The notes beneath the pieces were generated by a model. That model did no database searches, was not told the origin of the DNA, and was given only the letters and a program-made list of their open reading frames with translations. From a virus (taxonomy: Duplodnaviria; Heunggongvirae; Uroviricota; Caudoviricetes): DNA of 8,581 bases. Numbering within the stretch: position 1 is the first letter of the stretch; each line of letters starts with the position of its first letter. Location: IMG/VR virus record IMGVR_UViG_2740892423_000012, one strand, 5' to 3'. A program made the position numbers and the translations under genes. Below, in pieces: positions 6,831-8,581 of the stretch.

Positions 6831-7733
6831 ATGCCTAATTGGAGTGACGTACTGGGCGAGATGACGGCTCTCGCCCAGAAGAGTCCGATGGATGAGGTTC
6901 GCCGTAAATATTTATTACAACTGTCTAATCACACTGGAAGAAATGTAATTACATATTATTCCGGATGGTTGCAACATGGTGGTGCAGAAGTCCGACATCT
7001 CACCCTGATGACAGATGATGATAAAAATGGATTAATGACTGTTATTAATGGTTTAGATGTTACAAAGGGGGTGGATTTAATATTACATACCCCTGGAGGT
7101 GATATCGCTGCCTTAGAGTCTATTGGTCATTATCTGCGTTCTAAGTTTGGGACTGATATCAGAGCTATCGTTCCTATGATTTCAATGTCATGTGGTACCA
7201 TGCTTGCGTGCTGTGCTAATGAAATCATAATGGGTAAACAGTCCAATATTGGCCCGATTGACCCTCAGTTTAATGGATTTTCTACACATGCTATTATTGA
7301 GGAATGGAATAGAGCTCAGGCGGAAATTTTTAACAATCCAGCAGCTGTGCAAATGTGGCAGTTTATACTTCAGAAACTCAACCCCACTATTATCGGAGAG
7401 TGTGAAAAAGCTATCCAATGGGCGAATGAGATTGTCAAGCACTGGCTTATGACGGGTATGTTTGCAAATGATCCGGAGTCAGAAACAAAAGCAACTCATG
7501 TATGCTCAGAGCTGAACAATCATCATACAACTTACACTCATTCGAGACATATCCATTTCGATAAAGCTCAGAAAATTGGATTGAATGTTACAGAACTGGA
7601 AAGTGATCAAGTCCTCCAGGATTTGGTTTTGACCATACATCACAGTTACATGCACTCGTTTGGTGGAGCCCCGATCGCAAAGATCATAGAAAACCATAAT
7701 GGGAATGCTATGATTTGGAATATGCAATCGTAA
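6831..7733 (+). CDS. ClpP/SppA-fold serine peptidase (S49 / SDH 'serine dehydrogenase proteinase'-like), 300 aa
   Basis: LILHTPGGD motif (compare ClpP/SppA ...SPGG) followed by ISMSCGTMLA with a candidate nucleophile Ser. The gene is visibly AT-rich relative to its neighbours. There is no SD before ATG 6831 (suggesting coupling to the upstream ORF); alternative in-frame starts exist at 6861 and 6888. Confidence 0.75.
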   Translation: MPNWSDVLGEMTALAQKSPMDEVRRKYLLQLSNHTGRNVITYYSGWLQHGGAEVRHLTLMTDDDKNGLMTVINGLDVTKGVDLILHTPGGDIAALESIGHYLRSKFGTDIRAIVPMISMSCGTMLACCANEIIMGKQSNIGPIDPQFNGFSTHAIIEEWNRAQAEIFNNPAAVQMWQFILQKLNPTIIGECEKAIQWANEIVKHWLMTGMFANDPESETKATHVCSELNNHHTTYTHSRHIHFDKAQKIGLNVTELESDQVLQDLVLTIHHSYMHSFGGAPIAKIIENHNGNAMIWNMQS

Positions 7734-7755
7734 GAACCTATTTACACACCATATT

Positions 7756-7781
7756 AGCCTCGCAGTAGCGGGGCTTTTTTA
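7756..7781 (+). terminator. rho-independent terminator; near-duplicate of the 4786-4810 terminator
   Basis: Stem AGCCTCGC/GCGGGGCT with loop AGTA, followed by TTTTTT. The stem arms are identical to the terminator after Rz. Confidence 0.7.
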
Positions 7782-7904
7782 TGCGCATCGCACGCGCACA
7801 TCAAAGAGAGTCTTTCAGTAATGATTCTGGATATCATAGCTATAAATACAATTGATAGTTATTTTCATTTTGGCGGGTCCTTTCCGGCGATCCGACAGGC
7901 TACG

Positions 7905-8093
7905 GGGCGGAAGGCGCGCGGGTTTTCGCTATTTATGACAATTTTCCGGTTTAAGGCGTTTCCGTTCTTCTTCGCCGTAACCTAATGTTTTTATTTAAAA
8001 CACCCTATGAAAAGAAAGGAAACGACAGGTGCTGAAAACGAGCTTTTTGGCCTCTGTCGTTTCCTTTCTCTGTTTTTGTCCGTGGAATGAACA
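7905..8093 (+). other. cos packaging site: cosN-equivalent 12-mer (7905-7916) plus cosB (terminase small-subunit and IHF binding region)
   Basis: 7917..8093 (CGCGGGTTTTCGCTATTTATGA...GTCCGTGGAATGAACA) closely matches the lambda left-end cosB sequence as I remember it, and ...CGATCCGACAGGCTACG upstream matches the lambda right end. The 12-mer between them is GGGCGGAAGGCG. Confidence 0.65.
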
Positions 8094-8581
8094 ATGGAAG
8101 TCAACAAAAAGCAGCTGGCTGACATTTTCGGTGCGAGTATCCGTACCATTCAGAACTGGCAGGAACAGGGAATGCCCGTTCTGCGAGGCGGTGGCAAGGG
8201 TAATGAGGTGCTTTATGACTCTGCCGCCGTCATAAAATGGTATGCCGAAAGGGATGCTGAAATTGAGAACGAAAAGCTGCGCCGGGAGGTTGAAGAACTG
8301 CGGCAGGCCAGCGAGGCAGATCTCCAGCCAGGGACTATTGAGTACGAACGCCATCGACTTACGCGTGCGCAGGCCGACGCACAGGAACTGAAGAATGCCA
8401 GAGACTCCGCTGAAGTGGTGGAAACCGCATTCTGTACTTTCGTGTTGTCGCGGATCGCAGGTGAAATTGCCAGTATTCTCGACGGGCTCCCCCTGTCGGT
8501 GCAGCGGCGTTTTCCGGAACTGGAAAACCGACATGTTGATTTCCTGAAACGGGATATCATCAAAGCCATGAACAAAGCAGC
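8094..8581 (+). CDS. nu1: terminase small subunit Nu1 (lambda type), 5' partial: 162 codons, runs off the window
   Basis: Translation MEVNKKQLADIFGASIRTIQNWQEQGMPVLRGGGKGNEVLYDSAAVIKWYAERDAEIENEKLRREVEEL... is recognisably lambda Nu1 with its N-terminal winged-helix DNA-binding domain. It is absent from the ORF track only because no stop occurs within the window. Confidence 0.9.
   Translation, partial: MEVNKKQLADIFGASIRTIQNWQEQGMPVLRGGGKGNEVLYDSAAVIKWYAERDAEIENEKLRREVEELRQASEADLQPGTIEYERHRLTRAQADAQELKNARDSAEVVETAFCTFVLSRIAGEIASILDGLPLSVQRRFPELENRHVDFLKRDIIKAMNKA

Noticed and set aside
7188-7727. Small ORFs on both strands within the peptidase gene (7188..7442, 7249..7452, 7506..7727)
   Set aside because: Nested inside the well-supported 300-aa CDS; likely products of AT-rich sequence.
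7995-8575. 179-aa and 120-aa - strand ORFs and the 68-aa + ORF 8029..8235
   Set aside because: They overlap cosB and the recognisable nu1 reading frame.
1-8581. tRNA genes, CRISPR repeats, IS elements and attachment sites
   Set aside because: No cloverleaf-like GC-rich 75-90-nt segments, no regularly spaced direct repeats, no transposase-like ORF or terminal inverted repeats, and no integrase seen. In particular the porin gene is not interrupted by an insertion.

Overview
This window reads as the late/right-arm region of a lambdoid (lambda/21/82-like) enterobacterial prophage, running on the + strand from a decayed nin region to the packaging site. In order: ninE and ninF pseudogenes and a YbcO-like fragment flanking a NinX-like ORF; rusA; ylcG; the Q antiterminator; a convergent, intact OmpC-family porin gene (nmpC-like) on the - strand; a complete phage-21-type lysis cassette (dual-start pinholin, SAR endolysin, Rz with embedded Rz1); an accessory island; then a lambda-type cos site and the start of nu1. 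The accessory island (about 4.8-7.8 kb) is bracketed by two near-identical terminator hairpins and holds a KilA-N protein, the remnant of a second lysis module (GH19-like endolysin C-terminal fragment plus an overlapped spanin-like pair), and an AT-rich two-gene operon encoding a 66-aa protein and a 300-aa ClpP/SppA-fold serine peptidase behind a perfect 14-bp inverted repeat. That two-gene operon is my best candidate for an undescribed prophage-borne accessory (possibly defence or exclusion) system. All protein identifications come from reading the translations and from memory of the families; nothing was database-verified. No tRNA, rRNA, CRISPR array or IS element was seen.
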